A DNA stretch of 64,000 nucleotides from an uncultured Planctomycetota bacterium (GCA_963845755.1 CAWJTV010000020.1:704001-768000); one strand, 5' to 3'. Counted from the stretch's first letter, positions 34,718 through 50,500 are shown. Translations and numbers: made by a program. The notes: a model not told the origin generated them from the sequence alone.

Positions 34718-36294
34718 TCACTCAGTCCCGTCGGCGCCGGCCTGGTGCAACTCCTGCCAGCGGTCCGGCAGCAGTTCGTCGATCCGCTTCGCCGGGTGCG
34801 TGCTGATCCGATCGAGCCCATCGCGGAGGTAAGCCTGGGGGTCGATCCCCAGATTCTTGCAGGTCGTGCACAAGCTCATCAACACGGCCGCCGTCTGGCC
34901 TCCCTGGTCGCTCCCCGCGAATAACCAGTTCTTCCGTCCCAGCGCCACGGGCTTGAACGCGCGGCGCGCACGCACCGTTGTCCAGTTCGAGGAACCCGGC
35001 CTCCAACGGACGCTTCAGGGCCTCCCAATGGTTCAAGGCATACTGGATCGCTTCGCCGATCGGACTCTTGGGCAGAACCTTGGGCTGCTCGGCTTCCAGC
35101 CAGGCGTGAAACTTGTCGAAGATCGAACGCGATCGCTCGTTTCGCAGTTCGTGCCGGAACGCGACGAAGGCCTCGTAGTCCGCGGTCGCGCGCTTCTTGG
35201 CGTCGCGTTCGACGTCGTAGAGCAGGCTGATCCATGCCAGCGCCTGATGGGACCGTTGCGGGTTCGACGGTCCGCGCCTCGTAGAACTTCCGTCGCGCGT
35301 GCATCATGCAGCCGACCTCGATAATCTCGCCCGACTTGTACAGGCCGTCGTAGGCCGAATAGGCGTCGGCCTGGAGATAACCCTGGAAGTCCTTGAAGAT
35401 CTCCCGGGGCCCGGTGGCGCTGCGGTCCGGCGTGTAGCGATAGACCACGTAAGGATGGCCGCGGTCGCCGACGGAGACCCAGAGCCGGCCGGTCTTGATC
35501 CCCTTGCCGTCGTGGTCCTGCACCGGCACCGTCGTGTCGTCGTTCTGGACGACCCTGGAGCTGAGGATCTTCTTCAGCATCAGATCGACGATCGGCTTGA
35601 GCAGATCGGCGATCGTGGCCATCCAGTCGCACATCGTTGACCGCGACAACTCGACGCCCGAGCGATCGAGGATTCCCTCGAGGCGATAGAGCGGCAAGTG
35701 ATCGGCATATTTGCTGACGGCGACGTAAGCCAGCAGCCCCGGGCCTGGCAGGCCCTTGTCGATCGGCTCGGGGAGCACGTCGGCGATCACGACGTTGGCC
35801 TGGCAGTCCTGGCAAGCGTACTTGGGGCGGATGTGTTCGAGGATGACCAGGCGGGCGGGGATGAATTCGAGTTGCTCGCGGACTTCCCGGCCGATGCAGG
35901 TGCGCTCGGCGCCGCAGTCGGGGCAAGTGCGTTGTTCGGGCGGGACGTCGTGCAAGACCGGCACTCGGGGCAGGCTCGCCGGCAACGGCTTGCGTCCGTG
36001 GCCCTTCTTCTGGGCCGCACTCGGAGCGGGCGTCGGGGCCGGGGCCGGCTCCGGGGTCGGGGCGGGTGTCGGCGCCGCCTCGGCCTGCTCCAGGATCTCC
36101 CGGGCGAAGAGCAAGAGCTGGGCCGGGTCGATCCGCTCCCCTTTGGGACCGTAGCGCTGGCGGAGGAGCTGCTCGAGCTGGTGCTGGAGCTTCTCGTTGA
36201 GATGGACCTGCTGGGCGAGCGACTTGAGCAGCTCACGGATGAGCTGATGGGCCGCCTCCAGGTCGTCCGGGAGTGGGTCCGCGAGGGTGATCAT
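34718..36294 (-). CDS. tnpC: IS66 TnpC transposase, copy 2
   Basis: Same motifs as copy 1. Confidence 0.9.
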
Positions 36295-36333
36295 ACCCTA
36301 TACTACGTTGACGGGTGCTCGATTGTTGGCGCA

Positions 36334-39312
36334 TTATGCTCCTGTCGGTAGATTATTCTCCGAATTTCGAAGGGGAGTGGCGGGCCGCGAGTAGCGGACG
36401 CGCCGTCGGGCCTTGTCCAGATCGATGCCGGCCAGGAGGGCGGCGAGTTCGGCGGTGGTCATCTCGACGCGATCGGCCGCCGCGTCCGGGATGCGGAAGG
36501 TGCCGCGTTCGAGCCTCTTGATGCTGGCATCACAGGACCCTCGTTCTTGTGGCGTTACACAAATCCTGAGACGTTGGGCTACTGCCGCCACGAATCGGCG
36601 GCCTCTCTTGCTACCGGTCGGGACGGTCCTTGGGAACGACCAACTCAGGGTGCCGGGCGGCGATCCAGGAGTTCTTTCGTCTGGCCAGTTGTCGCAGGCG
36701 ACGAACCTCGTCCTTGTCGGCCCACACGATCAGATGCTTTCCCGAAGGCGTACGCCGCGAATGGACCCAACCCTGCTTGATCCAATAATGGACCTTCTGG
36801 GCGATGACGCCGAGTTTCCCGGCCAAGTCGGGGATCCACCACTCGTCCTGGCCGACGAGGTCGTCGCGGAACAGTTCTCCGACCAGCCCAAGTTCACGGA
36901 CCAACGCCCCGATCGTTCCCGCCGTGAACACGCCGCGACGGCGCGGCGGGACGAAGCCCTCGGCATTGAGCCGCGCGGCGATCTGCGACAGGTGAAGTCC
37001 TTCTCGATGGAGTTGCTTGATTCGTTCCGTGAGGCGTCGAAAATCCTTCAATTGCTCATACCTGCCGACTGGCCTCGCGACCTGCTGTTGGGTTGTCATG
37101 CCGCCGAGCCAAACGATCGTTACCTCGTTGAGCTCAGTCGCCTTGTCGGCCACGACAATGACCCGCTCCACCGCGCAGCGCACGATCTGCTTGCGATCCA
37201 TCGCCGACGTGCCTGGTGCGTGCCAGAGCGCGGCGACGCTCTCGGAGAGCGATCGAATCCGTTGGCGATCGGCGTCGTTCAGCGTCGCCGGCAGTCTCGT
37301 CAGGAACCGATGGTAATCCTCCTCCGTTTGACGCTGCTTCTTCAGCGCGTCCTCCCACCGCGCCTCGAGTGTCCGCGCCACGAGTCGGTTCTCGGGCTCC
37401 ACGGCCTGATACTGCCGCTCGGCCCTCTCGACCTCCTGGCGTGCGCGTTCCAGAGTCTGACGCCAATGGTCGTGGAGGCGCTTGCGCTCTCGCTCGGCGT
37501 TCTCGATCGCGCGTAGGCTCAGGTCCAGCGCAGCGGGCTCCAACTGCGCGGAGCACTTCCTTCGCGACCAGGTCGTCCAGCGTCTTTGCCGAGATGCACC
37601 CGCACGGCTCGTCCAGGGCCAGCCGCCAATACTCGCCGCAGTGATAGCCGGGCTTCTTGTCGGCCTTGTATCGCGTCGTCATGTGGCGGCCGCATTTCCC
37701 ACAGACGACCAGGCCGGGCAGCAAGGCCTCGCCGCGTTTGGGCACGCCCCGCGTGTCGTGGAGCGATCGATTCTGTTTGAGGCGTTCCTGATTCGCGAGA
37801 TAGCGATCCCAGCTAATGTACGCTGGGAGCCGATCCGGCAGGAACACGGCCAACTCCTCGGGCGGCACGAACCACTTGCCGCCTTCGGCTCGACCCGTCG
37901 TGGGATTCTTCGTCCCCTGCGCGATGTAGGCCATAAGCGTATGCCCCCGCATAGATGGGGTGTCGCAAGATCGACAGGACTCGACTGGGAGAGGCTGGCT
38001 TCCACTCCAGCTCCCCAATGCGCCCACCGCGATGACGGCGAAATCCCAGTTGCAGGTTGTTCACGACCAGGTAACGGAAGACCGCGTAGGCGGAACCGAG
38101 TTCCTCGAACTTCTCGAACACCAACTGAATCATTCCACGCGCCTGCTCGTCAGGCTCTTGAATGATCTCGCCCGTGGCCGTCTTGAGGTATCCCAGCGGA
38201 ACGGCCAGGAACAGCTCGCCTGCGCTCCGCTTTGTTCCGACTGCCTCGAAGCAAACGATTGTACATAGTAATCAATTCGTATTCGCTCATTGCGCTTTTC
38301 ATGCCAAGGAGGAGACGATCGTTACTGTCCAAGGCATCGTAGACGCCATCTTGATCGCATAGCAGGGTGCGAAAGATGCCGCAGACGTCGATAAGACGAT
38401 GCCATTCGGTATTCGACCGCGACACCCTGCTAAGCTCCAACCCCAGCACGATCCCCACGTGGTTCAAGCTCACTTCCGTCATCAACCGCTGGAAGCCCGT
38501 GCGATGGTCGGTCAACTTGCCGCCGTGGCCCTGATCCTCGTCGATGATCACCACCCGCTCTGCGGGCCAACCGAGCCGTTGCGCGAACTGCGCCAGAGCA
38601 TACTGCCGTTCGCGAGACTCGCGGTTCTCGAGGACTTGCTGCGGCGTTGACTGCCGCACGTACACGATCGCGAGTCGATCGAGATGCCGATCGCCAATCT
38701 TCGAGCTCGACCTCTGGCCGAAGGTGGAGGTCGATGGAGTCTCGTCGATTGATCTGTCCGTGCGATTGACGGCCCGTGCATCACGAGATTTCATCGCGCA
38801 CCTCCTGAGCGGTGCGAGGCGCGCCGAGTTGTCGAGTCACGATGTCGCTGAGGGTGAGCAGCGTTCGTTGACGCTGCTCGTCCGTCAGTCGGCTCCAGAG
38901 TTGGTCCAGCACCGACGGCCGAACGACCGACGTGCGCGGGGGGAGCAACGAGTCCGGCGTCTCGCGACATGGGGCACCTCCTTGGATCACGGGGTGTTGA
39001 GCTTCGATCCATTCCGCCAGCCGCATCAGGCCGGCCAGCGCGATTATGGGGGTGTCCGACGATTCCTGTAAAGTCGAGAGGATGGGGGCAGTCTTACTCG
39101 TACTTCTTGGCCCAGACGGCCAGGCCATCGCGATCCCAGTACAGGATCTTGATGCGGTCGCGGCGCTTGTTGACGAAGACGAAGAGATGACCGGAGAGGG
39201 GATCTAGCGCCAGGCTGCCTGATGCCAGGGCGGCCAGGCCGTCAAAGCTCTTGCGCATGTCGGCCGGCTGTTTGGCGAGATAGACGCGGACCGCGGCGCT
39301 CAGTCCGAACAT
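36334..39312 (-). pseudogene. tnpB: IS66 TnpB split by recombinase element, copy 2
   Basis: Same junctions (TCTTG at 36516-36520 and 39105-39109). Confidence 0.88.
36611..38794 (-). CDS. Large serine recombinase, copy 2 (three apparent +1 indels); element spans 36516-39104
   Basis: Matches 12045..14225 apart from single-base differences. Confidence 0.88.
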
Positions 39313-39665
39313 GGGCGTCCCTCCACGACCGCGATGAGATGGCGGAGGGTCAGGGGGTCGAATCCGGGGGCGACGGCGATCCGACGTCCGTTGGAGAGGA
39401 TGAGTTCGAGGTGGGGTCCCGAGGCGGCGCTCGGCGGGATGGGATCGGGAAGGATAGTGACCGGGAGGAAATGGCGGTCGGCACTGGCGAAAGGACGATC
39501 GTCGCTGGGAGTGCGATCGGCCGGGGCGGGCTGGTAGAGATGCTTTCGGAAGGAGTGAAGCGAGATTTGGCGAAGGCGGCAGAACTCGGCTTGAGTCAGA
39601 CCGCTCCTGCGGAAATCGTTGAGGAGGGCATTCCATCGTAGATCGATGGTTCGGCTTCGAGACAC
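39300..39665 (-). CDS. tnpA: IS66 TnpA, copy 2
   Basis: Identical protein to 11173..11538. Confidence 0.85.
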   Translation of the reverse strand: MSRSRTIDLRWNALLNDFRRSGLTQAEFCRLRQISLHSFRKHLYQPAPADRTPSDDRPFASADRHFLPVTILPDPIPPSAASGPHLELILSNGRRIAVAPGFDPLTLRHLIAVVEGRPCSD

Positions 39666-39758
39666 GGCGTGATCTCCCTGACGGGACCACTGGCCCCGAC
39701 AGCACTATCATCGCGGGGAGTCACGCCGCTTTGTAGATGCACTTCACCGGACGGACAC

Positions 39759-39882
39759 AACTGGTCCGTCCGGCCCGTTAAGCCGGTCGTAGGTTCGAAT
39801 CCTACCTCCTCCGCCCCGTCCATCCGCCAGGCGCGTGGCCGGGGCGGTTAGGCGTGTCGCTCCGGAAACTTGTGCAGGTCTC
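39759..39882 (+). ncRNA. Y-RNA-like unit 1 (3' part): hairpin, T-arm and closing strand
   Basis: CCGGC-CCGTTAA-GCCGG, GTAGG-TTCGAAT-CCTAC, CTCCTCCGCC, closing ACTTGTGCAGGTCTC complementary to GAGACCCGCA of the displaced 5' piece. Confidence 0.6.
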
Positions 39883-39938
39883 GGTTTTCTCGCACGCACT
39901 TCAGGATCATCATCAAAGTCACCAACACGGAGGCGATC

Positions 39939-40166
39939 ATGGCCGAACGACTCAACGGCGGAGCCGTCCTGCACGTCCGCTTCGACGGCCGAAGCCTTGA
40001 CCTGCCGCTGGGCGATCTCCATGTCGGCCTCGGGGCCGACGACTTCGAGATCAAGACCGCGCTGGCCCGGCACCTCGAGGTCCACGAGGCGAAGCTGCGC
40101 GACTATACCGTGGACCGGCACGAGACCGGCAACCTCACCGTCCGGCCCGAGGCCGTGTTCGGTTGA
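39939..40166 (+). CDS. Small putative ubiquitin-like (beta-grasp) protein
   Basis: GGAGG RBS; 75 aa; beta-beta-alpha-beta-beta pattern; C-terminus RPEAVFG; ThiF/E1 gene in same locus. Confidence 0.6.
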   Translation: MAERLNGGAVLHVRFDGRSLDLPLGDLHVGLGADDFEIKTALARHLEVHEAKLRDYTVDRHETGNLTVRPEAVFG

Positions 40167-40185
40167 TCGGATAATCAAGGGACCA

Positions 40186-41617
40186 ACCCGTACCCAACGG
40201 CACGAGCGTACAAACAACTCTTTCATAAGGCAGAAGTTGGGTGGTGTCCCAAGCGTATTGAATGTCGTAAGTCTTGCGGTGTTTGCGACTTAGGCAAATC
40301 TTACTGAGGGATATGTGAGCCATTCACGCATGGTCCACACATGGTCGGTCAACCCCGCGGCCATCGCGGGCGATCGCTGCCGAGGTCGGCCCTGCTCGTC
40401 TCGATCCGCCAACGTCCGTACAGGCCAGCAGAAGTTATAGCTGTAAATTGTGAAATAGGTCATTGATTCATGCACTTGCCAATCCTTCGAGAACGTGTAG
40501 GTCTTGCGTACCTTCCGGGCGTTGCGATGTCGGTCCGTCGCGTTGTCTCGTTCCAGGAACGAGACGTTGACCTGCAGGCTCACCTTGGAGCGCCGCAAGG
40601 CCCGACCCAACGCCGCCATCGTGCCGAAGATCAGATGGACCAGGATCTCCACCACCCGACCCCGCCGACGCTTCTTCTGGACAGTGGCATAGGTCAGCTC
40701 CGGCAGCGGCTCCTTCTCGGGCACCATCCGGTGGCTGTCGCGCCCCGTCGGGGTCGTCGTGACGTCCGTCCCGTAGACGTGCAGGATCGCGTCCTTGTAG
40801 GCCGGGTAGTCATCGCTGGTCATCAGCCGCAAGGGACGGCCCTCCGTCCGCTGGTAGACGTCGCTGACCACAGTCTCGGTCTGCTCAGACATTCGCGCCC
40901 CGGGAACGACGCAGAGCACCAGCTTGTGCTCCGGATCGTAAGCCGTGTGATCCCACCAATCGCCCCGCTGGGCGTCGGCCGGGTCTGCCGGGTCGCAGTG
41001 CTCCTGCTTCTTGTAGACGAAGGACCATTTCTCGTCGAACTGGACTTCTTCAGTCCGAGGGGGAAAAAGCCACGAGTTCGTCGTGGAGTTGCTGGGCGTG
41101 ATCGCCCAGGAGTCGGCTGTAGCGGACCACGGTATCGCGGTGCACCCCCACCAGCCGAGCGGTGGCCCGCACCCCAGTGCGATCGGCCACGTGTCTTATC
41201 AAGTCGAGGGCCTTGTCCGCGGGTAAGGTCGAACCGAACAGGGGTGTCCCCTTCCGTTCGGAGAACCGGGCCTTGCAGGTATGGCAGTAGAGCAGCCGGA
41301 TCGGTTGGGTCTTGCCGTAGCGGCCGACGACGGTCAGATTGCCGTGTCCCCTCTTGCCGTAATCGGGGCAGGCCGGGTCTTGGCAGCAAAAGCGGGAGAG
41401 ATCGTCCATGGATACATCTCCATGATTGCGTGACTGGTGCAGACGAACTCATAGCGATAAACCCGTTATAAGCGGTGGACTTGCGACATTCAATACAGCT
41501 AGGACACCACCAGAAGTTGCAGGTTCGAATTCCTGCCGGCCCAATGGCTCAATCATGGGGCCGTAGCTCAATGGCAGAGCGCTGCTGAGTTTCAACGCTG
41601 ATGCGACTTGTACGGGG
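40186..41617 (+). ncRNA. Y-RNA-like unit 2, permuted tRNA-Met-like mimic, split by IS1 (40186-40239 + 41520-41617)
   Basis: CCCGTAC/GTACGGG closing helix; order anticodon loop, T arm, closed acceptor, D arm. Confidence 0.72.
40240..41511 (-). mobile_element. IS1-family element (insA 41409->41050, insB ->40290)
   Basis: IRs GGTGGTGTCC..TATTGAATGTCG; 8-bp duplication AGAAGTTG; CCQDPAC..CHTC, FDEKWSFV, TSDDY, LERDNAT, SPAMAAGLTDHVW. Confidence 0.92.
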
Positions 41618-41634
41618 CTGGACATCGATCGGGA

Positions 41635-41788
41635 ACAACCCGCACCCGACGGCATGAGCCTACAAACCTAACCGGGACCAGTCCTCGAAAGAGGGTGGGG
41701 GTTCGAGTCCCCCCGGGTTAAAATCCGTGGCGAAACTGGTAGACGCGCTGGTAGATGATCTTAAGCTCATGCGACTTGTGCGGGCTGT
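41635..41788 (+). ncRNA. Y-RNA-like unit 3, permuted tRNA-Leu-like mimic (uninterrupted)
   Basis: CCCGCAC/GTGCGGG and GCATGAGC/GCTCATGC helices; variable arm CCTC-GAAA-GAGG, T arm GGGGG-TTCGAGT-CCCCC, D arm TGGCGAAACTGGTAGACGCG. Confidence 0.75.
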
Positions 41789-41792
41789 CTAG

Positions 41793-45689
<3,897 letters not shown>

Positions 45690-45734
45690 GCGGACCTCCC
45701 GCCGAACCGCCACGTCGTCTTCCGTTGACGGATC

Positions 45735-45796
45735 GTAGGGTGGGTGAAACCCACCAACTGACTGAGACTTACATCGGCGGGTTGCACCCACTCTAC
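45735..45796. repeat. REP doublet (REPIN-like)
   Basis: GTAGGGTGGGTGAAACCCACC ... GGCGGGTTGCACCCACTCTAC. Confidence 0.7.
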
Positions 45797-45835
45797 AGCG
45801 GCGGTTTTTCGAACGGGCGACGCAATTCTCTTGTG

Positions 45836-46723
45836 ATGCATCGGACATCTGTGGCGATCAAGAAACGCTTCCTCGAGACCCTGGATCGATTGGCGGCCGT
45901 CGAGGATCGCGCCCTCGCCTCAGAGTTCCTGGCACCGATGCTTCGTGGAAGGGTAGTCCAGGTACGGATTGCCGGAGTCGTCTGCCGGCTCAGGGTGAGC
46001 CCACCGAGTTTCGAAGGTTGGGGTGTCTTCCGGCCCACGTCTTCAAACACGGCGGAACTGGTCCGTCCGGCCCGGATGACCGAGCGACGCCAGTACCTTG
46101 AGCTCCTCCCCTTGCTTCGGATGATCGTCTGTCTCCGCGTGCAAGACCAATGGCTGGCGATCCCCTCGCACGGTGCCGACACGCATCTTCGGATCGAGGG
46201 GCTGTCCTCCATCCGCCTGGTCGAGGAGGCCCAGCTTTTCGAGGTCGTGCTCACCCGCTTCGACGGCGCACAATGCTGGTATGACGGTCCGGACCCGCGC
46301 CGAGATCCCGGGACGGCGGCCTACCTTCGCGAGGCGCTCGGCCGAATGGTCGAGCCCCAGCAATTGAGCCGGAACGGACTGACTGCGGAGGAACGAGCAG
46401 CGTACGTTGTGAGCTACGCACTGCGGCTCCAGGCGGGGATCGAAGCCCATCGCGACCGGGTCGAAGAACGACTCCGCATGGCGCTGGCCCACGCGGGCGC
46501 CAGGCTTCGCGACTACCAGGAACGGGGCGACGTTTACCGAATCGCCTATGAGGTCGATGGCCGCCGCCACGTTTCGGTCATCGACCCCCAGGACTTATCT
46601 GTCCAGGTCGCCGGCATCTGTCTGAGCGGCCAGGACCGCCGCTTCGACCTCAGCAGCCTGGTCGGCGTGCTCCGCGAGGCAGAGGGGGGTTCCCAGATCG
46701 TCCGCGTCGGCCCCGATTATTGA
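45836..46723 (+). CDS. Hypothetical protein with C-terminal E2-like Cys motif
   Basis: ..HVSVIDPQDLSVQVAGICLSGQDRRFDLSSLVGVLRE; lies between TROVE-like and ThiF genes. Confidence 0.6.
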   Translation: MHRTSVAIKKRFLETLDRLAAVEDRALASEFLAPMLRGRVVQVRIAGVVCRLRVSPPSFEGWGVFRPTSSNTAELVRPARMTERRQYLELLPLLRMIVCLRVQDQWLAIPSHGADTHLRIEGLSSIRLVEEAQLFEVVLTRFDGAQCWYDGPDPRRDPGTAAYLREALGRMVEPQQLSRNGLTAEERAAYVVSYALRLQAGIEAHRDRVEERLRMALAHAGARLRDYQERGDVYRIAYEVDGRRHVSVIDPQDLSVQVAGICLSGQDRRFDLSSLVGVLREAEGGSQIVRVGPDY

Positions 46724-46856
46724 GCGTTTCAGGCAATAGGCAACCTCGCGCCGTGGCCAGGTCTTCCGACCTTGCCACCCGACCGGTCGAAAGACTCCCT
46801 CGGGTGATCTGACGGGTCAAGGCTTCCCTGCTACGCCCAGAAGAGAGGTGACAGCG

Positions 46857-47501
46857 ATGGCCGACAAGTTCCATCACGAGCGGATTTATCGCGGAGCCGA
46901 CCTCCTGGGCAGGCTCGAGACGGTCCCGATCACGCTTTGCGGCGCGGGGGCTTTGGGATCCCTCCTGGCCGATAACCTGTCGCGCCAGGGATTCCGCCGG
47001 TGGACGGTCATCGATCGCGACCGCGTCGCGGAGCACAACGTCGGCACGCAGCTCTACGGTGAGGCAGAAGTCGGGGCGTGGAAGGTCGAGGCGCTACGGA
47101 ATCGTCTCTTCCGGGCCGTGGGAGTCGAGATCGAGGCCATCGCCAAGGAATTCACGGAACGGAACTCCCGGAGCCTCTTAAATGGCACGGGCTTGGTCCT
47201 CGACACGTTCGACAACTCGGCCGCGCGCGGGCTGGTCCAGAAGCGTTGCCGGGAGCGAGCCGTGCCGTGCCTCCACGTCGGCCTGTTCGCCGACTATGCC
47301 GAGGCGATCTGGGATGAGACCTATCGCGTCCCCCGCGACGTGGCTCTCGACGTGTGCGATTATCCGCTGGCTCGCAACCTCGTTCTCCTGGCCGTCGCGG
47401 TGGCTTCGGAGGCGTTGATTCGGTTCGTCCTCGATGGCTTGAAGGGCGGCTGGTCGGTTACGCTCCGCGACCTCGCCATCCGACCTCTAGAGCCCAGATG
47501 A
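46857..47501 (+). CDS. ThiF/MoeB/E1-family adenylyltransferase
   Basis: CGAGALGS, IDRDRVAEHNVGTQ, KVEAL, DTFDN..R; no CxxC pairs; DVCDYP. Confidence 0.9.
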   Translation: MADKFHHERIYRGADLLGRLETVPITLCGAGALGSLLADNLSRQGFRRWTVIDRDRVAEHNVGTQLYGEAEVGAWKVEALRNRLFRAVGVEIEAIAKEFTERNSRSLLNGTGLVLDTFDNSAARGLVQKRCRERAVPCLHVGLFADYAEAIWDETYRVPRDVALDVCDYPLARNLVLLAVAVASEALIRFVLDGLKGGWSVTLRDLAIRPLEPR

Positions 47502-47515
47502 TCAGAGAATTGGGG

Positions 47516-50500
47516 TCACGGCCGGGCGAACCAGGTTTGCTCCGGCACTTCCAGTGGGATATAGCAGAACGCGTCTTGCTGACGTCCGCTGAGGTTCTCC
47601 ACCGTGTCGCGAAGCGACGTCTTGAACTGGTCGAGCGTGTAGGCATCGGCCCGATTGCCGTTCGGATTTGCCCCCTGGAATACGCGCAGGACGCCCAGCG
47701 CGAACAGCCCGTGCCCATTCGGGACGTCGACGTCGCTCGGCCCTTCTTTCGAGGCCACGAATGTGATCACGCGGCGCTTCAGGTAGAGCTCGCGCACCAG
47801 GGGCTTGATCTCGCTGACCACGGACTCGTCCACTTTGTGGACGCCGTCCAGGAAGACGATGACTCGGCAGCCGTAGTCGGTCAATTGACCCAGGAGGTCG
47901 CAGAGGTCTTGCGCCGGGATGACCGACCTGGAGGGCTGACCGAGCTGGCTGTCGGACGCGGCGATGATCGTCGAATCCTGTTGCACCAGGACGTGAGCGG
48001 CGATCGCGATGGCCACGACATCCCCCTTGTTGACCCGCTTCTTCTTGAGCAGATCGTCCAGGCGGTCGAGCGCGGCGATGATCGAGGTTGACGAGGCTTC
48101 TGCATGAGTCAAGACCTGCCGCGTCTCAACCTTCATCCGGGCGGCATCGGTCGAGACCAGGTGGTCGCCGAGGAACTGGGCGACCTCGCTCGCGTCCTTG
48201 TCGGCGAATGGCACAGGGGGCAAGTGCTGGTCGGCGAGCTTGTCGGTGCCAATGCTGAGAACATGGAGCTGTGGTGTCGTCGCGATCGGCTGGGGCGGTT
48301 GAACGTAGACCATGTCGAGAGTCTCGGTCCGTCGGGTGCCGCTGACGCTCATGGCATCAACCGCCAGGCGCACTTGTCGATTCGGGACCAGGTCGATTTC
48401 GACGTCCTCGGAGAGACTGGCCACGGGCTGGGCGATCGGAGCCTGGGCCCGTAGCCGCTCGTCGACGATAATGCGGCGCTCGCGGATCTCCGCCTTCCCC
48501 TCATCAGTGGCGATCTTGACCGAAAGCCTGGGCCTGGCAACGTTGACTCTCCACACCACGCCCGGCGCGGGAATCCGGGCATCTCCGCCGATCGAGGCGA
48601 AGACAATCCGAGGGGGCTTGCTGGCGACCGCCACGGCCTCGGGCGGCGCCGTGTTGGCCGGCAGCGGTGCCAGAGCCTGCCCCATGTCCCCGATGCGCCA
48701 GAGCCGCTCCAGGACATCGGGGCGGTTCATCATCCGGGCATAGGTGATGATGGGGACGAAGTCGGCCGACCGGGACGAGAGGTAAGGCGGGTTCGTATGC
48801 CACCCCAGCAGCCGTGTGTCCCCGGCGATCGAGGTCTCGTAATAACCGCCGGGCGTCCAGACCACCCACTCCTTTTCCGCGTCGAGGAGCAGGGTCAAGG
48901 CCGGGTTATCTTGCTTGGTCGTCGGCAGGAGGGTCTCCAGCGGGATCGGACCGAGCGCGGGAATGGAAACCATACGCCGGACTTTGATACCGATCGTGTA
49001 AGTCAAGGGCTCCAATCCGTCGACAAGTTTGACGAATTCCGCGATCTCGGCGGGCTTGGCGTAGTATTTCCGGGTCTCCCGGCCTGTGCCCGTGCCGGCC
49101 TCGAGGACGGTATCACCGGCATTCAAGCCCATCGCGGCGGCAAAGCTCCGGGGCTGCACCGATTCCACCGTCCAGACCCCACCGGCCCGCTGGCGAAAGG
49201 CGGCGCCTAGCGCGGGCCGGGTGTCGCATCCGGCCAGCGGATAGAGCATCACGGTCTGATCTTGCGAGCTGCTGGCCAGCCATCGGCCGTCGGGCGAGGC
49301 GACCAGGGCGACGATCGGGGCACTGTGGCCGGCGAAGGTGCGGGTCCGCCGGCCCGTATCGAGGTCGAAGACCGCGATGCTCGACTCGGTGCCGATCGCC
49401 ACCGTCGCGCGGGGCTGCGCCGGGCCCGGCGGCACAAAAGTCGATGACCACCACCATCGTTCAGTGGTCGGATTGATGGCGAGCAAGAAGCGGCGGCCGT
49501 CGGCGTTGATGGCCTCCAGGCCGAAGGGATTGAGACTCGGCCTGAGCGTCCAGCCTGCATACGCCGAGATCGCGCGGACCAGCCCCTCGCGAGGCACAGT
49601 CCGCGTCCGGCGACGCATCAGGTCAAACCCCTCGTAAGTCCCCGGAGCGTTGGCCGCTCCGAACGGTTGCCGAGTGAAGGCGACGGCCTGGCTGTCCCGC
49701 GTGAAACCGAGATCAAACGGGGTGGTTCCCTTTCCTTTGAGCTCGCGCGGTGGTGCCTGCATCGCCGCGACGTCCTGGATAAAGAGGCTCTGTGCCGGTC
49801 CGCCCGCATAGGCCAGGCGGTTCCCATCAGGGCTGAACGCCATGGCCCGGACGAGTCCATGGACCCGCCGTGGGGGCTGCGGCACGAGGTTCCCATCGGG
49901 CATCGAGCGGAGCTCGATGTCGCAGGCGATCGTCATGGGATCGGGCACCTGGGCCGCGTCGCTCTTGATGCTGACCGCCAGGAGCCGGCCGTTGGGGTGG
50001 TACGCGACGACTTCGACCGGCTTCTGGTCGGCGGCACGGATCCTGGCCAGATTCCCTCCCGCCAGGTTCGCGGTGTCCAGGCCGATCACGGCCCCGCGCT
50101 CATTGCCGATGACAATGGACCGGCCGTCGGGACTGTACGCCACGGTATTGGTCTGGACGCGCGTCTCCAGCAGGGACGCGGGTTGACCCTGGGCGACGTC
50201 CCAGAGTACCACTAGCCCCTCCGCACCCACCGTGGCGAGCCGAGTTCCATCCGGGCTGAAAGCCAGCGCACGAATGGGACCCGTGTGGCGTCGCAAGACC
50301 CGGATGGGCGCGAAGTCCCTGGCAACGTCCCAGAGGATCACGGTTTGATCGTTGCTCGCGGAGGCAAGGATCGTACCGGCGGGGTTGAACACCAGACCCG
50401 TGACGCTGCTGCCATGAGCGATCGTCTGGAGATTGTTCCCAGGCGGCCGGACCAGCCGTTTGACGACCTCGCCCGATGGGTTTCGCTCGAGGCCCGGAAC

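Larger units (their letters stand above)
34506..39758 (-). mobile_element. IS66-family element, copy 2 (inverted; same recombinase insertion)
   Basis: Reverse complement of 11080-16330, same IRs. Confidence 0.93.

Noticed and set aside
41519..41752. Canonical tRNA genes or an attR tRNA fragment
   Set aside because: T arm precedes D arm, acceptor stems are closed by loops, and there is no integrase-linked duplication; better explained as permuted mimics
46857..47501. Thiamine or molybdopterin biosynthesis role for the ThiF gene
   Set aside because: No thi/moa genes nearby, no Zn-binding CxxC or rhodanese domain, and the small partner ends in FG rather than GG; not excluded but unsupported
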